The notes below the pieces were generated by a model. It saw only the letters and a program-made list of their open reading frames with translations, was not told where the DNA came from and ran no database searches. The position numbers and the translations under genes were made by a program. DNA of 64,000 bases, taken from the NCBI RefSeq assembly GCF_006345805.1, contig NC_042997.1, positions 50,282,001-50,346,000 on the forward strand. Direction: 5' to 3'. The number at the start of each line of letters is the position of its first letter. Position 1 is the first letter of the stretch. Of the stretch, positions 1 to 13,602 are shown one piece after another. The DNA is from Octopus sinensis. Taxonomy: Eukaryota.

Positions 1-1689
1 GTTTATAAAATATCTTGTAAATACTTTCCAAAAGCAGTTCTTTGTCGATATAGCGATAGCTTTGATGTTAGATAGCATTGTAACAAAATTTAGAATTTTT
101 TACCACATTTCAGTAACAATATACGCTGCGCATTATTGATGCAATGCCAAAATCTTGTTTGATGATTCAGTTTATATGCAATTTTGGCAATATTGAAAAT
201 ACATTCTTCATTCTACCATATTAGTTTAAAATGAGCTAACCATAAGTAATCGATGGCGTCAGGTGTCTTATAAACGTAGTAAACATAATTAAAAGGAGGT
301 AAAAATTGGAATACAAAATAGTTTTCAATTACTTGGTAAGATTATCTTTATTAGAATGGTGTAATACTACTTGGTGTTTATGATCTATTTTTGAAGCAAG
401 GAAAAGCTGCAGAAATCGACGAAGTAAATTTCTGCTGCAAAGTTTTGAAAGAACATTATTTCTCAAGAGTGTGTATTTGTATCCAGATGAATGAAAGTGA
501 ACTACCCCTTCATAATATAAGGATTTTCTCAAAATTACGCTGATTTTAATCATGAAATTTAGAGCAACGAGTTAACACCTGCGAGTGCAATATATCAGTC
601 GGGTTAAATTCTTATTAAATATTAATTATACAATTCACGGTTTCCTGATCATAGTTATCAAAATTAACAGAGTAGCGGGCAACCAGCAGGCAAATCAACT
701 GCTTGTTTACCATCACCTGCAGTGGTGTCTGTAGCTATCACCTTCTCTATCTCCTAGCAAGTTCTGTAGAATAGAAACAGCTTTTCACTGTAAACTGCGA
801 CAATACAATAAAAATGACGAGCATTGGACCTCGAGTTTACTTCTTTCTGTGTATACACAAATTCTATAACAGAAGTTGCTATATAACAATATTGCAAAAT
901 AACTTGATTTGTATTGTAATAGGCGATTAGAATGACTGGTTTTTAATTCAGGAATTTGTCTAGGATTAAGTCATCCATTTGAAAGAAGTTTTACTACTAG
1001 TTCTAGCAGTTTATGTATCAAGCAGAGGCTCCCTTGTTCTTTGTTTTAGTCTGTTCTAGTGTATTACTATTGCTTATTCCCAAATCATATCGAAGGCATT
1101 AACAAAATATTCCAGATGCAAGGATGCTATCTCTTATCATTATTTAACAGCAGATTTCTCAAAGCTTGCCAGTTGCTTCTCAAAGGATTGAGAGTCTATT
1201 TCGCAGTAAAATTTACATTCTAAATATTTGATTTGAATAAAATAAATTTTGATGACTCTGTTGTTATCTCATATATCCATTAAATGGAAATAAACTACAT
1301 CAGTTTAAGAGAGTGATGAAATATGATTTGAGACATTGAGTATTTCCCAGGAGCATTTGTACTGTCAGTGAAAGATCAACCACATTTAGATCACCGACCA
1401 TGTCTGCCTAATACCGTCTCGTATATCCGAAAGAAATCAATATTTTGTAAACATTGTTCTTATATTTCAGCTCTATCCTGTCCCTTGAACTACAAGTAGT
1501 ACCAGTGAGAATGATATGAACATTGCAACTTCAAATTCCTCTGTTTGTATAGTCAATAGAAACAGATATTTTCATTTATATAGAAATGGATATTTATATA
1601 TCGATGATTTGTCATTAGCGCTTTATTATCTCCATAGGTTAAGACAACTCAATAGTTAACTCTACTATATTACAACAGCGGATTTATAA

Positions 1690-2700
1690 TTCATCATTAC
1701 AAGCAGAGCAGATGCTAAAAATTATAGGCTTATCTCTTCTCTGACCTCACACATCAGCAAATTCATGGAACAAACAGCTTGAAGGAAATTAATTGCGTTC
1801 CTTGAAGAAAATGACTTGCAAAGTGATACCCAGCATGGTTTTCCACCAGGTAGAAGCTGCCTGACACAACTTTTCAACACTACGACTGGGCGTAAAAACA
1901 GCTGCTCAACAACTCAAATGTGGACATGATATACCTCGACCATGCAAAAGCCTTTCATTAAGTTCACCATGGTATGATATGTCACTAGCTGCCTGATCTT
2001 TTCATAGGCAGAAAACCTGGCGAGTGGTAATACGACTTTTTATAAGATAGAAGTCAGGTAGTGGTGGCCAACGGAGCCACCTCTAAGGAAGTACAAATAG
2101 CGAGTGGTGTTCCACAGGTCACCGTCTTGGGGCCAATGCTATTCATAGTAGCCCTCTATGACATGCCCTCAGCTACTCAGATAGCCACACATGCTGGCAG
2201 TGCAGATGATACAAAAGTTTATTAAATGATACAGAACTCTGGAGATATTGCGCATCTGCAACAGGTGTTGGACGCAATATACAGGTGGGCCGAGGATAAT
2301 GACATGCACTTTAAGGCTGTAAAAATTTCAAGCCTTGCGTTACCTTTGCACGAATCTGGATGAAATCCAGACAGTACACATTGGCCCAGGAGGGACTGCA
2401 ATCCTTGAATCAAACCAATGTGGACCTCGGCGTTGATATGAGTAATGACGCATCTTTTCAGGCGCAGGTTTAGAACATTCAGAACGAGAGAGCAGGAAAC
2501 CCTGATGGTCATCCGAAGGGCATTTGTCCTCAACCGTTTAGACTACTGCTCCCAACTATGGTCATCACACAGCGTAAACTTAATGGAGGAATTTGAAGCA
2601 ATTCAGCGAAGCTACACAAAGAAGACCGTCTCAATGTGAGTTAAGCCCCAACTCTCTAGAACGAAGGCGGGTAAGATATGCAGTGATATACGCCTGGAAA
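1690..2700 (+). mobile_element. Degenerate CR1/L2-like LINE reverse transcriptase relic (frameshifted)
   Basis: Manual translation across frameshifts: QHGF..GRSCLTQL (~1831), IYLD.AKAF (~1928), SGVPQ.TVLGP (~2103), ADDTK (~2202), then RLDYCSQLWS...EAIQRSYTKK (ORF 2445-2639). Confidence 0.85.
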
Positions 2701-2800
2701 AGAAAATATATTCACATATACATTTACACACACACACACACATACATGCGCACAAACACAGACACATAAGTGCAAGCACACCCATATGTATATATCTATT

Positions 2801-2958
2801 TAGGCGCAGACGTGACTGTATAGTAAAAAATTTACTTCTCAACCACATGATTGTGGGTTCACTCAAACTGCGTGACACTTTGAGGTAGTATCTTCTATTA
2901 TAGCTTCGGGCCGACCAAAGCTATGTGCCTGGATTTGGGAGACAAACTGAAAAAAGGC

Positions 2959-2997
<39 letters not shown>

Positions 2998-3078
2998 TGG
3001 CTTTGTAAGAAGCTTGCTTACAAACCTCATGGTTCCGGGTTAAGTTCCACTACGTGGTATCTTGAGTAGGTGTCTCTA
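2801..3078 (+). mobile_element. Two 5' fragments of tRNA-derived CORE-type SINE separated by (TA)n
   Basis: Both match the head of the fuller copies at 5410-5815 and 35150-35522 (caaccacatgg..gggttca.tccactgcgtggca). Confidence 0.7.
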
Positions 3079-3255
3079 ACTGGTAAATTGGCTGCTGAAA
3101 TTTATTAACTGCAGAGTAATTTCAGGCCTCAGCGCTCCAAAGTGAAGGCATTTGATAAAATACACCCTAATATAACTTGTAGAACTTTATGCATACTCGA
3201 TTTCGGTTGAGCGTCCTCTGTCTAGTTCTGGAAATAGTGTTTTGTAAGTGACAGA

Positions 3256-3329
3256 CTACGCTGATGATCTTGCAGATGTCTGCGTGTTTATATACGTAGA
3301 TATTAACGAGTGAAACCAACGGTACGTAG
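3256..3329 (+). ncRNA. Type I hammerhead ribozyme motif (element E)
   Basis: ctacg-CTGATGA-t-cttg[12-bp hairpin atgtctgcgtgt/atacgtagatat]cgag-t-GAAAC-caacg-GTA-cgtag; stem I 5 bp perfect. Confidence 0.8.
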
Positions 3330-3722
3330 GTAATCGTTTTTATTTCGTATGTTTTCATTTTTCTTACTCACTTTTACATTTTGGCGTTTTGCTGGGATTT
3401 TTTTCTTGGGAACATATTCGTGGTAATGGCGATTTGACGTCTATGTTTAGCATATAGGGTGTCCACTTTAGTGGTAATTCCTCTTAATTTTGTATATATA
3501 TATACATTTACATATATTTACATTTGCTCTCCGGTAGCCTTTTTCGACATTGCTCCACGACTAAAATCATCGTTAAAATTTTCAAAACAATAAATTTTAA
3601 ATTTTCTTATTCTGCTGTTATATTACTGGCACTCACAGTTAATTAGTAACCATTGTTGAGAATGTATTGATTAGATTATTCCTTGGTGGAGTATCATATG
3701 CAGTGATATATGGCCCGCGATT

Positions 3723-3960
3723 AGGCGAAGAGCTGGCAGAATCGTTAGCAGGCGGGGAAAAATGCTTAGCGGCATTTTGTCTGTCTTCACCTTCTGCGTC
3801 ATATGCCGCTGAGGTTGACTTTGCTTTTCATCATTTCGGGGTCGATAAAATAAGTACCAGTTGTACACTGGGGTCGATATAATTGACTGACTCTATCCCC
3901 GGAAATTGCTGACCTTATGTCAAAACTTCGAACCGCAGCGCTAGAGACTGGCAGAGAACA
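3723..3960 (+). mobile_element. tRNA-derived SINE (gtcgactttgcctttcatcc family)
   Basis: Head ggcgaagagctggcagaatcgttagca, body gaggttgactttgcttttcatc..ggggtcgataaa.taagtaccag; many copies in window. Confidence 0.8.
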
Positions 3961-5409
3961 ATATGAAGTAACTTCTCTGTATATTAGATATTTACTGTCG
4001 AATCTTAGAGGTACCACAGAAGACTTTACATCTGTCTAAGACAAAACCCTCTTCAACCTAAACTTGCGAAAAAAATCGAGACTAAGCGTGACAGGCTAAA
4101 ATAGCTCCTCAAATATATTGAGCTCTTACTACGTGCATTGTTTCTCATTTGCATAAATAAACTATTATAGAGTTAATTCTCTCGCCTTTTTTTGGACGCA
4201 AGCGCAGCTCCACTGACTTCGCTGACGTGAGTCGAACTGTAAACCCTTTCGTTTAACAGCCTATCGTCCACACTTGATTTGGCTAGCAGCATTTTTTATA
4301 GTGCATTCCTAGTGACGTGAAGCCAATTATCTCAGCATCTTTTCTTCAGCCTTGTTTTGCAAATCAGTCAATATATCTGTAAAAAGAGAACAGAGTAATA
4401 TTTCATTAGACAGACTATACTCCCTCCCTCCCTCCCCCTCTCTCTGTTTGTCTCTCTCACTCCCTCTTTCTCTTCCTCCCTCCTTGTCTCTCTATTTCCA
4501 ACTAAACGTTCGTCCAATGTATTGGCTACTATCCGATCTCCGGCGATAATTTTATACAATACTGGTAATTAATTCTAACGTTGTTTCTCAAACTACGTGG
4601 AACACGAGTAATATTCAGGTGCGGCTAAGAAGACCAACAACAACAACAATAAAACAATTTAGATGCTTGATCTGACGTGTATGCGCGTACGTTTTTGGAT
4701 GTTGTATGTGTGTAGGTGTGCATGTGTTTCTGAGCAGGAAGCTGTGTTTTAAGCATCGTGGTGATTAATTAGTTTACACACACACATGTAACACGTATAT
4801 ATGGACACCCGCACTGAAAAACAATACATTCTTCGTCACCATCATCCATCAACCTTTTGCTGTTTTCTCTCTGTTTTTTTTCATCCATTACATCATTCAA
4901 TCCTTCTCTTTCTTCTTTTCCTGACAACTGTTCTTTCTCCTCTCATCATCATCATCATTATCATTAAACCAGGATCGTCATTCACAACACCATGACAAAC
5001 ATCATCCTCATCATCCTCATCATCATCCTCATCATCATTATCATCGTTATCATCTTAATCATCATTTCCACATACTGCTGCTACACCCATTATTACAACA
5101 ATAACTGCTACAAGTACAGAGCGGAGTAATGCTCATATTTATCGAATTTCATTTTATGATTAACACTGTCCTCGGATTAATAACAATCAGGAATCTAGAC
5201 CTGGAATGTATTAGATGAATTAATCACTCGGAAATGTTTACCCATTCACCACTAAAGCGCCGATTTGCTAGAAATGGCGCGAGCCAAATTTTAGTATATA
5301 CATATATGTATATACTATTGGCGTCATGATCCTACTAAGATACAATAGCAACACACATACATACACATACACATACACATACACGCATAGTGACGACTAA
5401 CCTTTCGGT

Positions 5410-5815
5410 TACTCTTACTCTTTACTCTTTTACTCTTTTACTTGTTTCAGTCATATGACTGCGGCCATGCTGGAGCACCGCCTTTAATCGAGCAACTCGA
5501 CCCCGGGACTTATTCTTTTGTAAGCCCAGTACTTATTCTATCGGTCTCTTTTGCCGAACCGCTAAGTAACAGGGACATAAACACACCAGCATCGGTTGTC
5601 AAGCAATGCTAGGGGGACAAACACAGACACACAAACACACACACGCATATATATACATATATACGACGGGCTTCTTTCAGTTTCCGTCTACCAAATCCAC
5701 TCACAAGGCTTTGGTCGGCCCGAGGCTATAGCAGAAGACACTTGCCCAAGGTGCCACGCAGTGGGACTGAACCCGGAACCATGTGGTTGGTTAGCAAGCT
5801 ACTTACCACACATCC
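5410..5815 (-). mobile_element. Near full-length tRNA-derived CORE-type SINE with internal microsatellite
   Basis: Reverse complement: tRNA-like head gtggtaagtagcttgct..gggttcagtcccac, CORE-like caccttgggcaagtgtcttc, tail gactgaaacaagtaaaagagtaaaag; homologous to 35150-35522. Confidence 0.85.
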
Positions 5816-7944
5816 ACTCCATATATATATATATATATATACACACACTGCTATCACAGTGTGTGTGTGTATGTATACAAAGGAGATGGCAACCACTTAT
5901 CTCCCTTCGTTAATACTCCATATACATACTTGTTTCATTTAACGTAATGGAACGCTAAGAACAGCGAAGTGTTCGCTTTCAGCAGTTTATATTTCACCAT
6001 CTGTGTGTATAAATTTCCGTCTCTCAGGCCTGTTCAGTACAAGGTTATGTAGAATGTCAACAATTTATTGAATTAAAGCAAAGACAAAAAAAAACAAAAA
6101 GAAAAATCAGGTAAATTTGTATCGTGCACCTAATATTAAGAATATCGTAGTGAAAGAATTCTTAATGTATAAAGCAGTTAGGGGCATCAAAAGCGGTCCA
6201 AGCAGATAAATAGCAGCTATAATTGCAAGAATTGCTTTTTCCCTTTCATCCTCAAAGCAGATTGTCGTAAATCGCTTTCAATTCTCTCTTCATTGTAAGG
6301 GCTTGTTGCAAACTGGATTTACAGCAGTTATTTATCGGTACTTGTCAATCAGCCTCCTCTGATGATAGAGTTACAGACGTCCTCATATAAGCCTAAGTTC
6401 AGAATAAAATTCATTTGATATTTATATCGAATAGAATATATTTTACCCAAGAGAGCAGAAAAAAATTGAGAGAGAACAACGGGTGGTGTTCCTCTCTTAA
6501 TTTCACACACACACACACGCTTTCCCTGCAATAGGTACAGTACACCAGCGATGCACAGGCGATAAATTTTCCTGGAAATCTCAATTTTTCTCAATCAATG
6601 TTGCACTAATTGTACTGACGGGAACCCAGAGGTCCAAAAGTACAGATGATGAAAAATAAATTATTGAAATTGCACATTTTGTTCTACACTAATGCGTAAT
6701 TACTAAGATGTCAAAAATTTTGTGCATAAGTGAAATGTATAAAGAGAAAAATATCAATAAATTGGTCGGTCATAGTTCTTTCATCACAGTCTGTGATTTT
6801 GTCGATGATGTGCCTTCAAGTGCTAAGCTTCCATCGCAATCTGATTTTCTCATAGCTCGGTGAACAGACGTAGATTTTTGAGAATTAAGTGTCCAAGTGA
6901 CTGGCACCATCTACTTGTCCTCCCCCTCTACATCCGTTAAGTCGTTCGCGCTTTCAGTCTTAGACCGCACGTACTTCCGTCTCACATTGCTTCACTGTGT
7001 TTCCTCTTGGAAATAATTAGCTGTCTGTAGAATATATTTGCATGTATCAAAGAATGCCGTTTGCAAACGGTTTTCTCTAATGTAAAAATTCTCCGTCCTT
7101 GCATGCAGGTGATGGTATGGTGATAGAGCATCTGAACAAAAAAAGAGAAAGATATAAAGAGGAGAAAGTGAGAGTAAGGAAGCGAGAAAAGGAGAGTTGT
7201 ATGACACTGAGATGACGGCGGAATCGCAGATCCAGTTGAGCAATGGAGTTTTTTGTTGAGTCCCTCTATGTTAAGATTTCAACACACCTCAATATCTACT
7301 TTGGATTTCATCCTCCCGCAGTCGACGAAATAAGCGTCTGCGGAGAATATGGGCACTTCCCCTTTTCCAGGAAGAAAAAAATAAGAAGAAACAAGTAGTG
7401 AAGACGATATAATAGAATATATTCTTTCCCCGAAATTTATTCCTTTGTAACCGTTTTAGAAAACATGGTAAGAAGCTACAATGCGCAGTTTTATGTTCTA
7501 TATTTTCTGTTATAATATTTTTAATAATTCCATTTCATTTTAGTAATATTTTGCTTCTACACAACATGGCACCCTCAACACAACAGACTCAACAAATTAT
7601 TGTAGATACAAATCAACATTTTGAAGTCATTATATTGTACTAAATCAGATTCAAACACAGGTGCTTTCATTTCCCTTACCTTGTGAATGGTTTTTTGAAA
7701 TTCGTAAATGTCACATCTTCATAATTCTCTACCGACATCATTACCTAAAAATGTCATGTTTCGTAAGAAATAATTATTTAGAATGATTGGATAGTAATTA
7801 TTGTAGTGTCATTAGCGAGCTACGCATGAGTGATGTATCACGGTGACTGGTTTGGAGATCGTTCTGAGTTTACTTCGTGCAATAATTTACAATTTCATTT
7901 TGAAATTCATTTCTTCGAAGTCCATCAATTGCAAAACACACACA

Positions 7945-7968
7945 CACACTTGCGCGCACGTACGCACA

Positions 7969-8017
<49 letters not shown>

Positions 8018-8036
8018 ACACACACACACACACACA
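7945..8036. repeat. (CA)n microsatellite
   Basis: Direct reading. Confidence 0.95.
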
Positions 8037-8039
8037 GAT

Positions 8040-8310
8040 AAAGTGTTGCACTCACGATTGCGAGAACGTCGGTTCGATTGCCAGACCGGGCGTTAAGTTG
8101 TTTTCTTGAGCAAAGCACTTCATTTCACGTTGGTCTGCGACCGTTTCGCCATCTGACATGTGGGACACAGTGCATCCATACAGATAACGTCGATTTGATG
8201 AAGGGAGTAAATTTATGTATAAACAAACATTTGATCACTATAAACAAATGATCTGTGTCATTGTTTGGCAAGAAATTGCCGAAACCTCATATGTCGTCTA
8301 ATGATATATA
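8040..8310 (+). mobile_element. Degenerate tRNA-derived SINE
   Basis: ggttcgattgccagaccgggcg..ttcttgagcaaagcacttcatttcacgttg matches 26536-26785. Confidence 0.6.
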
Positions 8311-9864
8311 TATATTAGAAGAAATAAGGTACTCAAAAATATGGATGGTTTTATATTTACAGATTTTTATTAATATGTCACATGTTTTTATAAATCATAT
8401 ATTAGCGCTTGCATCCACTCTAGTAGCTTCTTCAGATTTGAATTTTTTGAGGAGATTCGTCTCTTTTTATAGTAGTATTGAGTGTGTAGGGGTGGAGAGA
8501 GATATAGGATAGTAAAAGAAAGTGAGAGAGAGGGAGTGCGTATGCGTGTGTGTGTGCATGTGCCTTTGTATCTGAAAGGTGTGTCAATGGAAAAGAAAAG
8601 GAAAGAAAGAAGGAAGAGACAAAGAAGAAAAATGTGTTTATATCTATACAGCTGGTCAGTTCTTTCAATAGGAAAGTGATTCTTGGCCTTTAAAAATGGC
8701 TCGCGAACATCTTACGATCTTTAAAAATGACTCGCGAAGATCTTACGACCTGAACAACCCTCTTTCATACAGTGGTTTGTTGTAAGGGATGGGGCTTCTC
8801 TCCATAGTTCCAACTAATATAACACCTGGTATCGATTGTTTAGAACCTAAGTTAGCCTTCCTCATGCAGAACTATGTTCATACCATTTTGGTCTTCAAGA
8901 CTCTGTCTTTTATTCAGGAATGAGATAGTTGCAACTAGATCATCTACTATATTCTTTCATTTATTTCAGACGATAAAATGTGATTTGGGGAAGATTTGGC
9001 AGTTATTTGTTGTAGATCATGCGATCATGTAACTATACTCTCATTGGTTCACGCATGCCAGTAAGATCTCGAGCTCGACACGACAGGAGCAGGTAAGATT
9101 GGCTCGGCCAGAGCCACGGTAAATGTTTCTCGGTACTTTTCTTTGATCCCAATAAAATATTTAGGCAAGCTTGGCTGCTGGTAGCTAATGTTGCATTTGC
9201 TCATTAAGTTGAGTGTTGTCAAAGTTGTACTGTAGTACGTGGGGATTATAGATGTGCTTGAGTGTTTGAAGGTCATTATGTCTATGTCGGAGCTTGTAGC
9301 AAAAAGGTGGGCCACTTCTCTGTGCTGGCAGTCATATTTTTTTCGGTAGTTTTCTTTTGATATAGCACCTGAATGCCTGTTGGTTATAAAGTGTGCCAGA
9401 CAATGCCCCTATTCGTCGAACTTCATTACATGGTTAACACTGTCCTCGTATTATTAACGACGATGAAACTAAACTTGGAATGTATTGGATTAAATAATCA
9501 CACGGAAATATTTACGAATTGCATTTTGCGAAGGCCATCATTTTTCGTGTAGAGTTTGCGGACCCAAAGTGGACTAAGATAATCTATGATAGATCTACTG
9601 TAAAATCTTTTTCTTGACCAAATGTGAGTGCTCAGAATTTATCTGCATGCCGTTTACTTTCTTTAATGTATTTCATGCATATGCATTGGCTGTTCTTGAA
9701 TATAATTAATAGTGTGGTCTTCTCTGTGCTTGCAGACTATGTAGAATAAGAAGGAACTTGATGGATTTGATTGGTGGTTTCTATAAGAATCGAGAATATG
9801 GTAAGACAGTGTGGGTTATACTAACATCTGAATACTAGGGTGTATGTATGTATTTATGTAAATG

Positions 9865-9908
<44 letters not shown>

Positions 9909-9914
<6 letters not shown>

Positions 9915-10510
9915 TTAAAACGAGGGTGAAAAATTGGATATTAATTTAATAACATGAATTTAACACCAGTGGTCTAGCATATTAAAAAACTGAGGTTCAG
10001 TAAATAGTATTATATACATATAAGAGGGATTAGCACTATGTGGACATCCTAACGCTAGAAGTAGATCCGCTATGGTCTTACCACTAAGAATTTGTTCTTT
10101 AGAAAATTTAGCTAACGCCAGAAACGTAAGCGAGCAAGACAAATGAAAAATAACAAAAATATAGATTATTCATAAACAATGTATCACTATCAACAAATTA
10201 CGTAATTTTACTTACGCAATTTATGTGTAGATCTTCAGTATGATCGTTCATACAAATATAATTTGAAAAACTACACACCAGACATACGCACGAGGTCGAA
10301 TATGTATGTAGTTCTACCCATTACACTTGTGGTTATTTTTCAAAAGTTCTCGTTTTGGCGCGCTAAATTACCGGAAATAATACTGCGTAAAATAATTTTC
10401 AATATCTTATCTTTATAATAGTCCTTGTCCATGATTACTATCACCCTTCCCTTATCGGCTTCTTTTAGGATGTTTGAGTTGTCATTCTTCAGCGTTTGTA
10501 AGGCTTCCTC
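9909..10510 (-). mobile_element. Penelope-like relic: N-terminal RT fragment joined to an HHR-bearing non-coding arm (element D)
   Basis: ORF 10340-10534 contains ALQTLKNDNSNILKEADKGRVIVIMDKDYYKDKI (PLE DKG motif); downstream arm shares blocks with elements A, B, C and ends in (TA)n at ~9908. Confidence 0.7.
10170..10243 (-). ncRNA. Degenerate type I hammerhead motif (GAAAC to GATAC lesion)
   Basis: Minus strand: tcata-CTGAAGA-t-cta..[aaattgcgtaa/ttacgtaattt hairpin]..tag-t-GATAC-att-GTT-tatga. Confidence 0.5.
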
Positions 10511-11169
10511 ATACACACACACACACATACACACACATATATATAAATGTGTGTAACGTGAAGATGGCGCGTTACGTATGCATAGCGTCGGAATATTTTA
10601 TAACCCCAAACTGTACCTGTCACATGTCCAGTTGATCTTTCAATGTTTAGTATTTTTGCTTCGTTGCGTATGGCCTGTTTGTAGCTTGTGATAATGCAAC
10701 TATGCTGTTGTTTATTGAGAGGGACCAATCAGGAATGGCATGATTCATGACGAATATTTTGTATTGTCTATAGGCCCTCCTTTTGTCGATATAATTAACT
10801 CCATTATTGAAAGGAATAAGCTTTGAACAGAGATCTACTATTCTAGGAATACACTAGTATCAAATCCTACGGCTATAATTGTTTACCGCGTTAGTTGATC
10901 ATTCCTCACTACTTCTAAAGTAGTCAAGTCGGTGCAGAAAAGGCAAGACAAGTGAAAACGCACTTAAATTTCGTTTGTTTCTCTTTTCTCCTACATCTCC
11001 TTTTCTCTGTCTCTCCCTGCCTCTGTCTGCCTCATTCTCTCCCTCTCTCTCTTCCCCTCCAGCGTGACTAGCAGTACAGTGTCAGTAAGGCCAGTTGTCC
11101 TGGAGATCTAGAGTCCTAGATCTACCAGGATACATTTGTCACTAGTGGGCTTCTTCCCGTGAGAAATTC

Positions 11170-11520
11170 GGTTAATGTGATGTTGTTGCTACCGATCTCA
11201 GCAAAGGTTTCACTGTGTTAGAAATGCGAACCTCTGGCCAAAATTGCCGGCCTACCGACAATTGATCCTCTTCTCATCTCTTCAGTTGGTAGCTTCCAAT
11301 CAGATCGCACTATCGAGGACTGAGCTGACAAAGCTCTCACTCCCTTATACCTCATCTTGCCTGTACATACTTTTTTCCAAGCAACAATGAACTACTTGCT
11401 TTTCACGTCCATCAACGCCTTCTCTTATGCAGATAATGTCATCTTACATTTTCCTTTGACCTTTGCTAACCAGTCATTTCTACGGGCAGTCAAGATACCT
11501 TATATCAAATCTTCACGGAT
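11170..11520 (+). mobile_element. Highly decayed LINE RT fragment (CR1/L2/Jockey-like)
   Basis: ATDLSKGF..CV at ~11188 and FSYADNV (YADD-derived) at ~11420. Confidence 0.55.
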
Positions 11521-12545
11521 TCTTTGAATAAAGAACTCCTGCATACTTGTACCTAGTCTCCCTTCTTAAAAAAGAAATAAAATCAAATCATAGTGTATTT
11601 CATACCATTCCAGCACGAAAATATTACCGCACCTCACACCTTTTCTCCGAAACATGAGTAGCATGCATCTAAAGAGCCTTCTCGATCACACCGTAGTCGT
11701 ACTAACGAGTACGTCAATTTTTTTTTCCGCTCGAGAAACTCGATCCTCTGGAATCTTTTCCCAGCTCATGTCTTTCTTAGTCATTAGCTTGCATTAATTT
11801 AAGCGGAACTTTAGCAGTATCAGCCTCACAGGCCTCGAAAATTATAGGAACTGCCTCTTCTTCCAGACCTAACAAATAACAAAATAAAACAAAAAATGCT
11901 TTCAGTAAATCTGTGCTTCGATAATTAATAAAACTATTTTTACCAAATACCATCAAACTATGAAACCAAACTCTCATTTGTTTCTCTTTTTTTTTACAAT
12001 TATGAGATGAACACGCCACTAAAGAGACGATGATTCTGTGGTAATTTACAGGTATTTGTCTACAACAGGCATGCGTTTATGTACGTACATGCATGTATGT
12101 ATGTACATATGTATGCGTATATGTATTCTTGTAGTACGTGTGTATTTCTGTATGTAAATATCAGTTATTTCTAAAGAACTGAAAACATTCGTATTAGCAT
12201 ATATTTGCGCATTGTCCCATTCAATTCTATCATAAAGTTTTCATTTGTCGTGTATATTTTCGTACGTTCGTATGTCAATGCATTTGTTAATTGTATAATA
12301 ACCGCTGTAGTAAACTATATGAGATACTGAAATAGTGGACCGTGTGGCATGGGTTCATATTTAGGGTTTCAGAGAACATAATAGAGTGATACTGATTGGA
12401 TATGAGCAGCTAAACCTTCAGCTAGAAAGCTGATATACTAACGATTTTAAATTCTACCTTTCCGAACAATTACCGAAGAATGAGGCAAAATCTATTTCAC
12501 GCACCTTCTCTCACTTTGTGAGCACGCACGCGTTACTCTGTGTGT

Positions 12546-12598
<53 letters not shown>

Positions 12599-13339
12599 TG
12601 TTTGTATTTTTCTCTTTCTGCTGTGTGTGTACTTTCTGTTCCTTAAAAAACAAATACTATGTCGGCTGGATTCCAGAAACGATGCCAAGTTTTATCGCTT
12701 TCTTAGATCGGAATGTAATCGCTGAAAATTCTTCAACCCATTTATAAATTTCTCTTTCAAGGTTTTTATCTTTCAGTACAGTAAAAGCTTGTTTGTTCCG
12801 AACATACGTAAACCATTAGCAAGAGCGAACAAGTGTCAAAAGACAACGAACGCTAAATATATTCGTAGTTATATTATCAGGCCACCACGGTGGAAACATT
12901 TCTCGTGGCGTTTAGCTTACACCAAATAAGACGGGCAAAATTATGCAAATAATGACCACACAGAGTCCCGATAAAGTACATTCTGTTAAGAATATAAACG
13001 TTTTCAGGGACTGAATCGATAAAAAAGATCTGAAGGTTCAGCTGGATTCTTACCAGCCGGTCTTTGAGGAAGCTTCCTTTTGGATTGCTTTCATCACTTA
13101 TCTTTTTTTTATGCGGATAAATCATTATGAATAACTTTCCGTATCTTGTTTCTTTATCTTTTCTTCCTGATCATTAAAAATGCATACGTATCCGTCTATC
13201 GATATTTTGAATGCATATATATGCGTGTATCCGTATTTCGAATGCATATATTTGCCTGTATCCATATTCAGATAAACCATAACCAATATTTAGAAATATC
13301 GGAAGACTTTATCTTTCATGTGGTCAGTTTTTTTTGGGG

Positions 13340-13498
13340 CACGTATATATGTGTGCGTGTGTATGCGTGCGTGTGCGTGCGTGTGTGTGCATGCGTGTGT
13401 GTGTGCTAGTGCTTTTGCATGTATTTATATATGCATACGTATTTACATATATTTACATATATATACATACATACATACATACATACATACATACATAC

Positions 13499-13574
<76 letters not shown>

Positions 13575-13602
13575 TCTCTGTCTCTCTTTCTCTCTCTCTC
13601 CT
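13340..13602. repeat. Compound (GT)/(ACAT)/(TA)/(CT) microsatellite
   Basis: Direct reading; source of several spurious ORFs. Confidence 0.95.

Noticed and set aside
1-1600. Possible MULE-like transposase relic (FH..GYKY, GC..H-like traces)
   Set aside because: Motifs too short, on inconsistent strands and frames; needs an HMM search.
4180-4330. Two TGACGTGA sites plus CCAAT as a promoter
   Set aside because: Short motifs expected by chance; no linked gene.
9050-9430. Possible GIY-YIG relic (HREVAHLF) near element D
   Set aside because: Only one weak motif; no YIG core readable.
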